A stretch of DNA of 64,000 nt from Basidiobolus meristosporus CBS 931.73 (Eukaryota > Fungi > Basidiobolomycota), in contig MCFE01000469.1 of assembly GCA_002104905.1 (NCBI GenBank), positions 5,756-69,755 on the forward strand, given 5' to 3'. A program made the position numbers and the translations under genes. The notes beneath the pieces were generated by a model, which saw only the letters and a list, made by a program, of their open reading frames with translations, made no database searches and was not told where the DNA came from. Positions 39,704 through 52,426 of the stretch are shown here, piece after piece; within the stretch, counting starts at the first letter, position 1; each line of letters starts with the position of its first letter.

Positions 39704-42342
39704 CCCTATGCAAAATAATTTGGTGCTGCTGGTGGTTTCATTCTGGATCAGCCATCAGGATCCCATTGTGAGACCATCATAATATTGGCAGCTTGGAAGT
39801 ATTTACCCTCTACACAAGCTAATGGTGGGATCACAGCAGCATGTGGCTAATTTACTGCCAAATAAAGTTTAAAAACTTGAGAGTGAGTGATTGGTGTTCT
39901 GACAAGAGTTGCATTGCATTGTTGCCATCTTTATGGGCTCTACAGCTACTCTGAGTGATTTAGCCAACAAGCATGTGCAATAGCATAATGTGGCAAGATA
40001 CTTGGCGGCATTTTGATTGCCTCATTGTAAGCTTCTACTGGCATTTTAATGGCAGTATGGTAGCCTACAGCTAGTTCTCTATAATGCTACCATACCTAAT
40101 TGCCAACTGGTACTTCCTTTTTCTACCTCCCCTTGCACAATTCAAATATTCCACTGTAGAATTACCTCTCCTTATTTGCTTACCCTCTACTACCTTGGAT
40201 ATTCCACTTACAGCTTGAATCAAAAGAAGCCATGGCCTTCTGCTTACTGAACTCTACAAATGCATACACCTGCCATAATTGACATTCTTTTATTACCTCA
40301 AATTTACGGCTTTTTAGTGTGATACTTGCAAAGTGGCCATATATCTTGTAATGCTGGTAACATATACATCTTGCAAACAAATGTGTGGTTGTTGCCACTT
40401 CTGCCATGAATACCTCCTGAATATCCGCAAAGAACTTCTTGGTACTTAGCCAATATTTTCCTTCTCCCTGCTGGATTCTAGTCCTCCTAATAGGTGCACT
40501 CTGGCTCTTGCTTGTGTGAATTCTATATTGTATGGTGTAAAAGCTGGCTTGTAGCCAAGAAAAACCTAGCATACTTTTGTAAAGTTTTCTTAATAAAAAT
40601 TGGTTGCTTGTTGCATCCAACCCAGCTTTGCACCATATAAATAATTACCCATGCATTGGAGCAGCTTAGCTTCCTTATGCCATAGGCATAGGTGTCTCCA
40701 TGTGCCCATCTGTCCTCAGTATTCTCCAGCACTTCCTTGCTGTCCTACATGTGACAACCCATCACATCCATGATGGACTTGAAGGTAAAGATCTTGATAA
40801 GATTGGGATATTGTAGTACATGCAACTTGACTTGTCTTCCTATCTCCCAACATATCTTCTCCATGGGAAGCTCACAAAAAGTAAAGCAAGGCCCAATATT
40901 CTTCACACATCAAAGAAGATGGAGAGGAGAATGGAAACATTAGCAGTAGAGATCTACCTGTGCAGCTTTATGCTTGTAGTATAGCCAGTCAAATCCTGTT
41001 CAAATTCTTTGCACAAAAGCTGTAGATGTGGCAAATTGGCAGTTGTGATCTGCTTCTGGATCAACATTACACAATGTCTACATATGACTTCCAATGCTTC
41101 TAATATGTTCTAGGTATAAATTGTTTCAGAAGGCCACTTGATTGAATACCTCTCCAGTCCATCCAGTCCATACAATTGTATTGTTGCATATGCATATGAA
41201 TACTGATTAAAGTCTATGAGCAGTACTTTAAGTAACAGATACTCTGTAATATCCTACCAACTCTTTCAAGCTTCTCTGGCTTCTTAAAGGGTTCATTTAG
41301 CTTTAAATGCCCTATATACAACTTGGTCAGCATTATAGCAATATGATTGAAAGGAAATGTATTGCTCCCAGTGAAAAACTCTAGCTCCAACAGATACCCT
41401 CTATCTCAAGTAACTCCTACTGAACTCCATCATAACCAAGAAGGATTATCAACAAGTAAACAGCTGTTTTCACAAGAGTTGGAAGCGCTGCCATTTGAGC
41501 TACACTCCAGTGAGCTGGATGAGCTTACAGAGAAAGGTGATTTGTCTACCATAGCCTTCATGTGCTTCACTATTGACAGAGTGGAGATCCCACTGACAAA
41601 TAAAGCAGCAAAATCAAGAACTCAAAAGATTATTACAATGCCTTCAGTGGAGCTTTGGAACACTAACAGGCACTCCAAAAGGTTGAAGCACTTCTTCAAG
41701 AGGAGTGTACAAGATATTTCACTTGAGTATTGTAAGGTCTTACTGCATAGACTTGCAGATAAGGTACTAGACCTTGCAGTGCCAGCTGATAACCAGGATG
41801 TATGGAAACCAGTGATTTAATAGTGGCATATTGCTGTAGGGATGGTGCCAAAGTCATGGAAACATGTCATTACAGCAGAAATACTTATTGTGTGGTGGAT
41901 TTTGATGAAGTTAATTGTTTAGTGTGGGGTTATGCTTAATTTTAGTGTAGGGTATAGAAGCTGGTATAGGTCAATACAATTGGCAAATGAGGTACATCTG
42001 AAGTTACAACATATATAAGTCAGTTTGTATGCATGAAAAGTATGAGAAATGGCTGAGTTGGGAAGTAATGAATATGAAATAGAGGCAATAGTCAATCAAT
42101 GTACACAAGTATATGAGGTGATTGAGTGTCTGGGAGCAGAAAGTGAGAGAATTGGCAGAGTACAAAAGCCACTTGGGTATTGTTGTGATGAAGAATTTTG
42201 ACTAAGTTTCTTATGAGATCTGGGGTGTTATTACATTTGACAATCTTTGTACCATGCCCTGACAGCTTAGTACCTCTTGATCACAGGATTTCAAGCTTGT
42301 GATGGCCTTTTGACCACATCATTACAATTACTACCCATGGGG
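39704..42342. mobile_element. Element X copy 4: internally deleted derivative retaining both termini
   Basis: Left CCCTATGCAAAAT; right (reverse) CCCCATGGGTAG..ATGAT..TCAAAAGGCC. Transposase C-terminus on minus (~40100-41330) is joined to the accessory C-terminus on plus (41347-41990). Copia sequence resumes on both sides. Confidence 0.7.
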
Positions 42343-43543
42343 TTGAGTATCAGGGAAATGATGATTATTTTCTCACTGCAGAGGACTCTGCAGCTATAAT
42401 CTAGCCTAAAGCAGTGCCTAAGAGCATCCTAGAAGTGATTATCCCTGTATTACAAGACATGATATGCAACTGGACCAGACATTGCTCATACTACTATATC
42501 AACCTATGTACAAACTTTGCCTATGCCTATTTAATCCATGTTCATCAGCCCCAGACTGTAAAAGAGGTCTTAAATAGTCCTTGGATAGAGTATTGGAGAT
42601 CTGCAATGACTGAATATCAAACTTGAGAGTGAGTTGAGTTACAAACCTGCCAAAAGTCACTTAGATGCAGGTGGGGCTTCAACAAAAGCACAAGGCTAAT
42701 TGTATATTATTAAACAATACAAAGCATGACTTGTGGCCAAAGGACATTCCTAAACAAAATGACTTGACTATACTGATACTTTTGAACTGGTAACCAATTT
42801 CAATTCCATCAGATTAATATTGACTATTGCAGCCAAATATAAGGTTTTTGATTGTCAAATGGATGTAAAAGCCGCAATTTGATTTGGAAACTTGATAAGG
42901 ACATGTACAAGGATCTGCCTGTTGGGTTTGCTGACCAACATAGACCCCATCTGGTTGGCAAGCTTAAGATCTATCTATATGGTCTGTAACAATATCTCAG
43001 CCTGGAATTGCAAGAAAAACTCTTATTTGACAACATTCAGTTTCCAACAGAATACAACTAATTAAAGTATCTACCCTAACTCAGAAAGAGCAAGCTCAGC
43101 TGTATCAGCTCTATAAGTGGCTGATATTATTGTAGCTGCCAATAACCCAGAAACACTGGAAGAGACTAAACCCAGCCTATCTATAGAGCTCAGGATGTCC
43201 AATATAGTAGAGCTCAGTTACTACATAGTGATAAAGGTCCCCATGGACAGATGTACACAGACTATTACCCTGAGTCAATTCCAGTATATTCAAAATATAC
43301 TAAAGAAGTACTAAATGAATGACTCTAAACCAGTATCTAACTCAATGAAAATAAACCAATATGGTTAAGAAAGCCTTAAAGATTTAGGCTATTGTTGAAA
43401 AGTACCTATTACTTTACTTCATGATGATCACAGATACATATAATAGATAGAAATCCAAATTCCCATGCTAAGGCTAGGCACGTAAATATTAGACAACACT
43501 TCATATGCAAAGCTATAGAGAATAACTTAGTTATCTTTGCTTA
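42343..43543 (+). mobile_element. Old C1-type Copia, right part (spacer, RT, RH end)
   Basis: Decayed RT (ORFs 42414-42626, 43117-43314) and RH end; cut by an X terminus at 43544. Confidence 0.7.
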
Positions 43544-45973
43544 CCCTATGAAAAATTGTTGGGATGATCCTATCAAAAGGCCACCACAAAGTTAAAGTCC
43601 TGTATACCTGTTGAAACTTCAGTTGTACCTTGATTGCCAATTGTATAGACCTATACACATCCCTCTACCCTACACTTACATTAAGCCAAGCCCCACACTC
43701 AACAAGTAACTTCATCAAAATCCACCACTCAATAAGTATTTCTGCTGTAACACTCTGGTTCCGCAACTTTGGCGGGAACCCAATTGCTTTATGCCACTGT
43801 TCATTCACTGGTTCCCACACATCCTGGTTTTCAGCTGGCACTGCAAGGTCTAGCACCTCATCTGCCAGTCATTGCAATCAATCCTTGCAAATTCCAGTGT
43901 GTTTTCTTGTGCACTGCTCTTGAAGAAGTGCTGCAACCTCTTGGTGTGCCTATTAATGTTCCAAAGCTCCACTGAAGGCACTGTGATAGTCTTTTGAGCT
44001 CTTGATGTTGTAGCCCTGTTGGTCAGTGAGATCTTCACTCAGTCAACAATGGAGGATGTGGAGGCTGTGGTAGACAAAATACCTTTTTCAGCAAGCTCAT
44101 TTACCTTGCAGGAGTGTAGCTCAACTGGCTGCACTTCCAACTCTAGTGACAACAGCTGTTTTCTTGCTGGAAATTCTTCTTAGCTATGATGGGATTCAGT
44201 CTGTTCCTGGCTTGCAGCGTTAATTGGCAAGAACTGCCACTTTTCTTGCTTGCCTCTCTGTCTCAGGCTTGGGTAGACATTTTTCCCTTGACCCTCTCTT
44301 TTGACACTGCCATGTCTTTCACTGCTGCTTTGTCTGAGTGCTTCTTGTAAAGAACTATGTTTTTGCCTGGATAAATTCTGCTCTGATGCATCTGTTTTGG
44401 CCTGCTTGTCCCTTGCTGGCACTTTTCTGGCAACCTGACGTTTCTTTTCCGTTTGTTTTGAGCTCTCAACTGTAGTTGTGACATGCTCCTGTAAAGGTGG
44501 CTGGTTTCTATCACTGCCAGGTCCTTCACTGCTGCTTTGACTGGGTGCTTCTTGAGTTTTACTACGCTTTTTCCTTGATAAATGTTGTGCTGGTGCATCC
44601 ATGTCTGCCTGCTTGCCCCTAATTGACACTCTTCCAGCTACCTGCCATCTCTTTGATGCTTGTCTGGAGCTTTTAGCCCTGCTTGTAACAGGCTCTTGAG
44701 GAATCCGCTGGTTTTTAGCCATGGCACCCTTGTTCTTCTGCCTTTGATGGTTTTGGCTATTCTGAAGATACTTTCTTAGCATACTAATGCTGGCCCAAAA
44801 TCCATTTCCCTGTTTGAATCCAGGATACTGCTCATGGAACAAGTCAAGTGCATTCTGCTTGGCCTTGAGTTCCTGCAGGTCCCATATTATGCCAGCCTTA
44901 AGGTGATGGCATGCTAGACTTCTGGCAGCCTTTTGTATATTAGCCCACTCTTCACTATTGCACTCAACAGCTTCACAGATCTTGAATATTGTTTGATTTT
45001 TAGTCTTGGACATAAACACCACATTGTCTCCCTCCCATGCTATGATAGGTTCTTCTGTGGGCTTTATCTTTAGGCACTGTTGTTGTGCTTCAAAGACTCT
45101 ACAGTGTTCCTCTGCTGTTACATTGGAAAATGGCTCAATTCTTGGCTGTGACATTGTGCTACTTGAGTTCCTTCATTGCAGCAAGGATACTGCTTTCTCT
45201 ACCTGGAATATTGATTGCTCCACACATATTAGACTTGTTCCATTGTACCGTGCCAGGGCACGCGGCGCAATCCGCAGTCGTAAAGAACGATTGGGCACAA
45301 TATTATAGCTACCAGAACGCAAGATTGTTGTTGGATGATTTTGCACTATGCGGGACAATCTTGCACACTATGGCACAATCTGACACAATGAGGTTGGCAC
45401 GGATGATTGCGCCAACTTGTAATGTTTGCATCACGTGCGCAATTGGATACCGCTATAATGGCAGGTAAAATCTGGTATTTGGATATGTTTCTTTAATGTA
45501 AATGGAAATAAATGTGTATCACACTATAAACTACACTGATACTTACCATTTTGGTTACCCTCACTCCAATTGGACAGTATCTCAGTGGTTAATTGGTCCA
45601 AAAGTATCCTGAAGCTGGCAGCCCCCAATTGGCTCATTATCTACAGAAAAAGCTACCTGATTTGCCATCAAATATCCCATTTTGTCCATTGAGCAAGTAA
45701 ATCCCTGATCCTAGTGATTGGACAAGGTGTCATAGCTAGCACGCAAGCAATTGTGTAGGTGCAAAACAGATCCAATAGCTGCACTGGTATTACAGATGAC
45801 GTATATATATGCAGGGTGTTTATTTATAGGGGTTCTGTCTCAAATGTAAGACGACCTTGATATTACTTATATCAAAAATTTGATGATCACTGATTTGCAA
45901 TGGCTTGATTTGGATCACAAAAAAAAAGGGTTGTTGGGATCATTATGAATGTGAGCAATTCAAAGCAATCGCA

Positions 45974-47206
45974 TCATCTTCTCCTGGGTTTTTTTCTCAC
46001 AGGGATTACTACTGAAGCATTTGGTAGTGACTCACTTTGCACACCTATACTACATCCTGGCTGACTATCATCTTGGCTACTTGTGTATTTGTAGTCAGTA
46101 TTTTGCCTCCTAGTTGATGAGTGTGATGCTGCAGCTTGGCCGCGCTGAATTGCTCCAACTGAACCAACTGAACCGGCCTGTAGTGCCACGTGCTGACGCG
46201 ATCTTTTACTTGCCAAGGGCTCCGGTGGTTGAGGCACTTCATGTTGGTCATCATCAGTCAGTTCACCAGAAGTAACTCGCTGATGGTCAGGCAAAACGGC
46301 ATGCGCAGGCGCGCCTTGACGCGTTGAGATGGCCCTTGGCTGAGTTCAATGTGATGCCGCATGTTGACGCAACTTGGTCCGCTCCAATGGACTTGTGTCT
46401 AAATGAGCAGTTTGGCAAGTTCTTGTAGTTTTGCTCTGAAGCACGCGCGTTGACTTGACGCGGGGCATTCTGGCAAAGGGTGTTGGCGTGGTTGGGACTG
46501 ACGTGCGCTGGCACGCTGTGGTTGCAAGAGATGGTAGGGAATCCAGCAAGGTGTGCTGGCGCAATCTGGACAATGTTGCTTGCGGTCTGTATTCTTCCTC
46601 CTGAAGCTCACCATCTGATTCCTCAAGGTACTCACTTACCCTCTGTCTGATACTTTGGAGCTGTTGCCTGGATGAGTCCTGTGTATATTGCTCTTGGAAG
46701 CCACTTAGCTCTACTAATATATCATGTAGTACATTAGTCATTTGAGGCAAAAACTCATTCAAAATCTCTTTGGTTCCCAAAGTTGAGGCACAAACAGACA
46801 CGTCCGGCCTGTACTGTGCAAATTGCGCGCAAAATCATTCCTGCGCGGCTTCTTTGTCAAATCCCCTCACTCTCAGCTCATTCTTGATTTCAATACTTGT
46901 CTTGTTATATTTCTTTTTACATACATTGGCTGGCATCTTGATGTAGAACTCATGCCACAGCTTTCTACTCAAATTCTTCCATCTTTGTAGACTCTCTGAG
47001 GTATCTAGTTCTGCTAGATTAATGGGTAGTGCCCAAATATCTGTATGAAGGCTCATCATAGACACTTGGGCCATACTAAAATCATTTGGCAAGAACTTGA
47101 ATGGATCCGACATCAACTTTTCCGGTCCGGACCATGCTTGTGAGCTGGGGGATGGGTTTTGTCTGGGTTGTACTAAAGATGAGTTGAGGCTTGGTATGGG
47201 GACCAT
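45974..47206 (-). pseudogene. PHIS ORF2, unknown function, 410 aa reconstructed
   Basis: ORFs 46835-47206, 46346-46801 and 45974-46294 share one frame, separated only by two TGA codons; ends RKKPRRR. Confidence 0.85.
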
Positions 47207-47565
47207 AGCAACTGATTTGGATATTTATACAGTAGTATATTGGCATCAACCTGGTCTTATATGAAATATATATGAAAACTAAAGTGATTGTTGAATTTTC
47301 CATATGTTATGCATGATGCATCTTGGATTGCGTTGACACGGATCAGATCACATCAATTGCAGATTTTCTATTGGATTATAGACCTATGATTAAAGCATCA
47401 ATAAAAGTACCAAGGCATTGTTTGCGGATGATTTTTGCAACATAATGATGGGATACATGGCAATTGATGGAGATTTAACCATAATGTATTGAAAATCAGA
47501 TAAATAATGCTGATCACGCCAAATCAATTCAAACCGCCTCCATACAATCATCCATCAATTTTAAT

Positions 47566-48489
47566 ATGACTTACTCATCTGAATGGCCTTTTCTCATCAA
47601 TCCCATCACTACCACTGGACTTCCTTCTGACACACTAGAGGAGATCTATACCAAGTACTGTGGTCCATCTACCCCAATATACTCAAGGAGATCCCTTGTT
47701 AAGCTTCTCTGCTATTACAGGAACTATTGCCATACAAGGTTTCATCCCACCATCCATGGCAACAAAAGTCCTAGAAGCTTTCATTCCTAGCTGACAGCAA
47801 TGGAGAACCACCTTGCAGAGGGTATGAATGACTTAGAGCAAGCTTGGAATACTAAGTTCAGAAGCTCCAATAGACTTCCATATCCCAGAGTGTTCAGCAA
47901 CAGGTTCCATATAAGAAGTATTTTGGATACCTTCCCAGTGAGGATTAGCAGACCTTCTAGAGGGCAGAGGCACTTTTATTCTGGCAAGTACAAGGCACAC
48001 TGTGTGAAGTTTCATGCACTGTCTGACATTGAGGGTAACATCATCTGGTTTAGTGGGCCATTTGCTGGAAGTAGGCATGACAAAGCACTCTGGGTAGAGA
48101 ATCATTCAGAATCCAGTAGAAGGGAAAAATGTATGGCAGACTTAGCCTATATAGGAGAGGATTGTCAGAGATTGGGATGTATTACAGCTTATAGGAAGCC
48201 AAGGAATGGTGTGCTTAGCAGGAAGCAGAAGCTCTACAATGAGATATTTAATCATTACAGAGTAAGGGTAGAGCATACATTTGGATATCTGAAGAGATTC
48301 AGCATATTGGCAGGTAAATACAGAGGAAAGTCATATATAGGTGAAAACAGCAGAATAGGTAAAATAGTTAAGATACTTATTAATGCACAGTATGTTCATA
48401 CAAGAAGACATCCACTGAGAGAAATATGTCTGGAGCATTATGAAGAGCAAATAAAGCAAGGAAAGCACTATTCTGAGCAACATAAGTAA
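47566..48489 (+). pseudogene. DDE_Tnp_4-type transposase with N-terminal HTH-like region, 307 aa, one premature TAG
   Basis: ILDTFP, YSGKYKAHCVKF, GPFAGSRHD, MADLAY and RVRVEHTFG motifs; TAG at 47788-47790 is CAG in copy C. Confidence 0.9.
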
Positions 48490-48767
48490 GATTGAGTAAA
48501 ATTACCAGTAACTGTATCATACCACTGGCATCATGGTAGAAACTATAGTGCCAGATAGTGCCATAGAGTGCCAGATTGATCCGGCAACATAAACAGGCTG
48601 GCACTATGTGGCACTATCCAACGGAACAAGTCTATTATCTGCTCATCCTGTTTCTGGACTATTTCCTGATTTCTCTGGGCCATTGCATCTATCCTATCAG
48701 CCACTGCACCTAACTGCTTCATTAAGGCTTTGGTATGAGCTGACAACATACTTGCTAATATGGGCGG

Positions 48768-49838
48768 TGTAGTGGGGTGAGAGTGACACCCACTGACAGA
48801 TGTGCTCATTCCCATATTTTCTACTTCCCTATATCTCTACTACACTTATTTTAGTTTTATCCCATTTGTCTTACCCAATCAGTACTATCCCATAAGCCGG
48901 TTGACTATCACACCTGCTTACCTTATTGCATCAGTTACCCCTCACTTTATATAAGATTACTAGCTATAAGTACTTCTATATTAGGCAAGTACCCGTGCCA
49001 GTACCTGTGACATATGATTGACCCGTGTCACCATCCCTACCATTTCCGTACTATATATGGTATCCCCATGTTACACAGGTTTCAGAATACTGATTCCTGA
49101 TTGGTTGGATGTGCTATGCCTCTTAGAACCTTCCGGCACCTACTTAGAACATTCTTAGGTCATTCTGATGTCATTAAGATTTCTATTGATATCCGGAACC
49201 TTCTGGAACACCATGATTAGTAATCACTTAGCCGGTAAGAAAAGTATATAAGGGAGGCTATCCCTCAGCAATAAATCATCATCCCTTTTATCAATATACC
49301 AACTTGTTGATTAGTGTGATCACTGCTACCTGCTGCTACCTGAACTTTCAACCCTAGACCACAGGACACTCCCAGGAAACCACGCTGACAGCCAACTGAC
49401 CTTGGAGGCACTACTTGTGAGGAATACTCAGAGTAGGTATCTTTTATTATATTTGATTCTTTCCCAAGTTTGTTCTTGTACAGGCAAAGATACTTTTCTG
49501 TCTTTGTAACTATTGAATACAGCTGCATTTTTATCAAGTCCCTGCTGGTGGAGTGTACAGTTGTTTTGACTTTGGAAGCTTTAGTACATTGTCATCTCAA
49601 AGGACGCTGAACCCAGCACATACTTTTGTTAAGACGCCAACTAAGTTGGGGATTGTAGCTCAATAGATTTCCCTTGACAAGCTTGTGGCTTTATTCCCCT
49701 TCACATTAGATTAGAAATAGAACCCAAGTATTCCTAGCAAGCTTTTGCCAGAGGTTATTGCACCCAGTGAACACCCCACACACAAAACACTTGAGAAGTG
49801 TTGGACGTATCTCTCCCTTGGACCTATACACCACCACA
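48768..49838 (+). mobile_element. Solo LTR of the Ylt1-like Gypsy (1071 bp)
   Basis: Collinear with 2684-3754; 4-bp TSD GCGG at 48764-48767 and 49839-49842; empty site near 1130-1142. Confidence 0.93.
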
Positions 49839-50649
49839 GCGGTGGTGATGTTATCATGGCTGCTTGCTGGTCTTCAGCTGAGGGTACAACGTTTGCTACA
49901 TTCTCATCTGCCTGATCATAATAGTCAGCCTGTGGCTCCACAGAGGTTTTCAGTTGCCTACTTGACTGAGGGCCTGAGGAGTCCGCATTACTACCTTTGA
50001 TGGGCACACTGTCCACAGGGCCTTTTTTGGATGTAGCCCTGCTTGTTGCACTGAATGTCAAAGCAAGCTGTTGTCCAACCATTCTTCTGTTGCCATCAGC
50101 AGTGGGATTTGGTTGGGAACCAGATGACTTTGCTCTATTTTTTGGCTGCATATATATGCAAGTGAGTCAAACCAAAGGGGAAATAGTGTTACATATACAT
50201 GTGTATGTGGTGCCACAACTTTATTTATAATGTTTACTATGGCAGGTCATCATTGAATCTTACATTCATATAGGTGTATTGTCTCAAATACAAGGCTGTC
50301 TTAAGCTCACATGAGCATTGACCAAAAAGTGGCATAATAGCATTACATTGCTGAAGGTCAAACTGTTTGCCCCATGGAAAAGACTACTTTGACTCAACAC
50401 TGCAAGAGAACAGAAAAAAGACCATGTGGCTATTGTGGCAAGCCTCTCAGCCATGAAGCATGCAGACAGCATAGGAAGTATTACAAGGATCATAGCCAGT
50501 GTTTTGCCACCCAAGTTATATTTGACCATTCATTGGTGACTACTCACCAACATTATCTTGCCAGCCAGTTGATACTTCTATATTGGCACCTGGCTGTCTT
50601 TGTCACCTTGTGCAAACTGAGTCAGGTGAGCTTGTGACACCTTTAGGCT

Positions 50650-50998
50650 TGTTGTAAAAATTTGTATTTCCACCTAAATATTCACCTAACTTAGTCACTT
50701 AGATCATCACCTTCAAATCCTAGAGAATACTGACCAAATTCCTTGTTGGGATTTACTTAGAATATTTTCACCAAAATACCGGGTACCCAGAACATGAAAA
50801 TTCTCAAAGTTGTCCAAACAGCCCCAAACTTTGCACACATGTTCTTGGGACCTTCCTTAACCTATTCTACGTGTTTGTAATGCCAAGACCAGGTAAAAGT
50901 ATAAATACCAGTTTTACATTCAATAAATCATTAAGTGAAAAACACACAATCTACTTGTTCTCCAAATCACTTCCAATATCTCCAAGACTCTTACAACA
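50650..50998 (+). mobile_element. Solo LTR of Copia C1 (349 bp)
   Basis: TGTTGTAA..TTACAACA; TSD AGGCT at 50645-50649 and 50999-51003; empty allele at window positions 1-11 (reverse CTTTAGGCTCA). Confidence 0.95.
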
Positions 50999-52426
50999 AG
51001 GCTCACCTCAGCCTTCTGAATATGGCACTCAGAGTGATAGCTCTGACAAAGAAAGTTCACTGATGGATTTTGAGCCTATCTCCCCTAACAACAGTACCAT
51101 GTATGAGCCCGGTCAAATCCCTATATGCAATGAGACACAATCCATTGAAACAAATGCCAAGGATAGTTTATGCAGCCAAGTGAGCTCAGTAATCCATATA
51201 CTGGTGAATGATGTAATGTTGTGGCTTGAGAGGTGGCATGTTTCCACTACTATCAGTAATGGGGGCTTTGAGGATTTATTACTACTTCTTGCCAAAATCA
51301 TGCCAGGATGCAACTTACCATGTACATGGTATAAGTGGACAACTGTCATGCAGCTGGCAACATATGATCTAAAGACTGTCCTGGTTCCCACATGTGTTAA
51401 CAATTGCATGACATTTGCATCCAAAAATGCCACCATTGCAACATGTCCAAACTGTAAGGAACCCACCACCATTGAGGGAAAACATTGTTCACACTGTGGA
51501 TATATTCCAGTCATACCCTTGCTGAGGAAGCTGATGCAGTCCAACAAATATTGCAAAGCTATACAGTACTGCACTCAGTATCAATCAAGTGCAAACATAT
51601 CCAATATGTTTGATGGCAAATATTACAAATGGCTAAGAAGCAAGGGCTACTTTGAAGGTATGTATGACCATGCCTTTGCTTTAGCACTTGATGGATTCTC
51701 ATCAGACAAGTACTCTACCAGCCAATCCTGCTGGCCACTGATTCTCATTATTCTGAATCTGCTGATCAACTTATGGTATCAGAGCAATAATCTGATGGTA
51801 GTCTCACTGGTATCTGGGCCTAAATCACCATCCAACCTGGATAGCTACCTGTATCCATTGCTGGATGAATTTTGTATGCTTTCCAGCAGGATATCAGTAA
51901 ATGGCTGTCATGTAAAAGCGCATATTATTATCTGCATTGGAGATACCCCAGCCATCAGCAAGAGAGCAGGTTATTCCAGGAACAACAGATGGTATTGCGG
52001 TTGAATGTGTGAGATCCCAGGGATTTACTCCATAACTCACACACATTATTATTACCCAAGCACCAGCGCTAAGAGCAACATCTTTTCACAGAGAGAACGT
52101 ACAGAAGACAGCATGTAATTGCAGCAAAGTTGGCAAGCTATAAGCCATTGGCCAGATTATGGAATCAATTGGAAACCAGAAATACTTAAGATAGATGGTA
52201 TCTGTTGGAGCAAAAGCTTTCCACTGGGAGCAATGCATTTGCTTTTCAACAATAGACTTGTTCTGTTGGATAGTGCCACATAGTGCCAGCCTGTTTATAG
52301 TGCCAGATCAATCTAGCACTATCTGGCACTATAATTTCTACCATCATGCCAGTGGTAGGATATAGTTACTGGTAATTTTACTCAATTATACATATGTTGC
52401 TCAGAGTAGTGCTTTCCTTGCTGTAT

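Larger units (their letters stand above)
45231..48633 (+). mobile_element. PHIS-type (PIF/Harbinger-ISL2EU group) DNA transposon copy B, full length 3403 bp
   Basis: TIRs AGACTTGTTCC(A/G)TTG; TSD ATT at 45228-45230 and 48634-48636; empty site visible near 1262-1270; two divergent ORFs. Confidence 0.93.
43600..50151 (-). pseudogene. X accessory gene (~690 codons reconstructed; pieces 50151-49839, 48767-48634, 45230-43600)
   Basis: ORFs 49711-50151, 48543-48815, 45173-45358, 44180-45154, 43850-44038 and 43665-43856; collinear with 916-2683. Confidence 0.75.

Noticed and set aside
48540-48620. CRISPR-like short repeats
   Set aside because: These are 8-nt motifs with irregular spacing inside a eukaryotic transposon end, with no spacers or cas genes.
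45226-48638. 5-bp TSD TATTA with shorter TIR GACTTGTTCC for the PHIS element
   Set aside because: It fits copy B only; copy C fits only a 3-bp AAT duplication with AG..CT ends.
50515-50568. GT..AG intron repairing the frameshift in the X transposase N-terminus
   Set aside because: It is 54 nt, a multiple of three, so it would not restore the frame; the true exon structure is unresolved.
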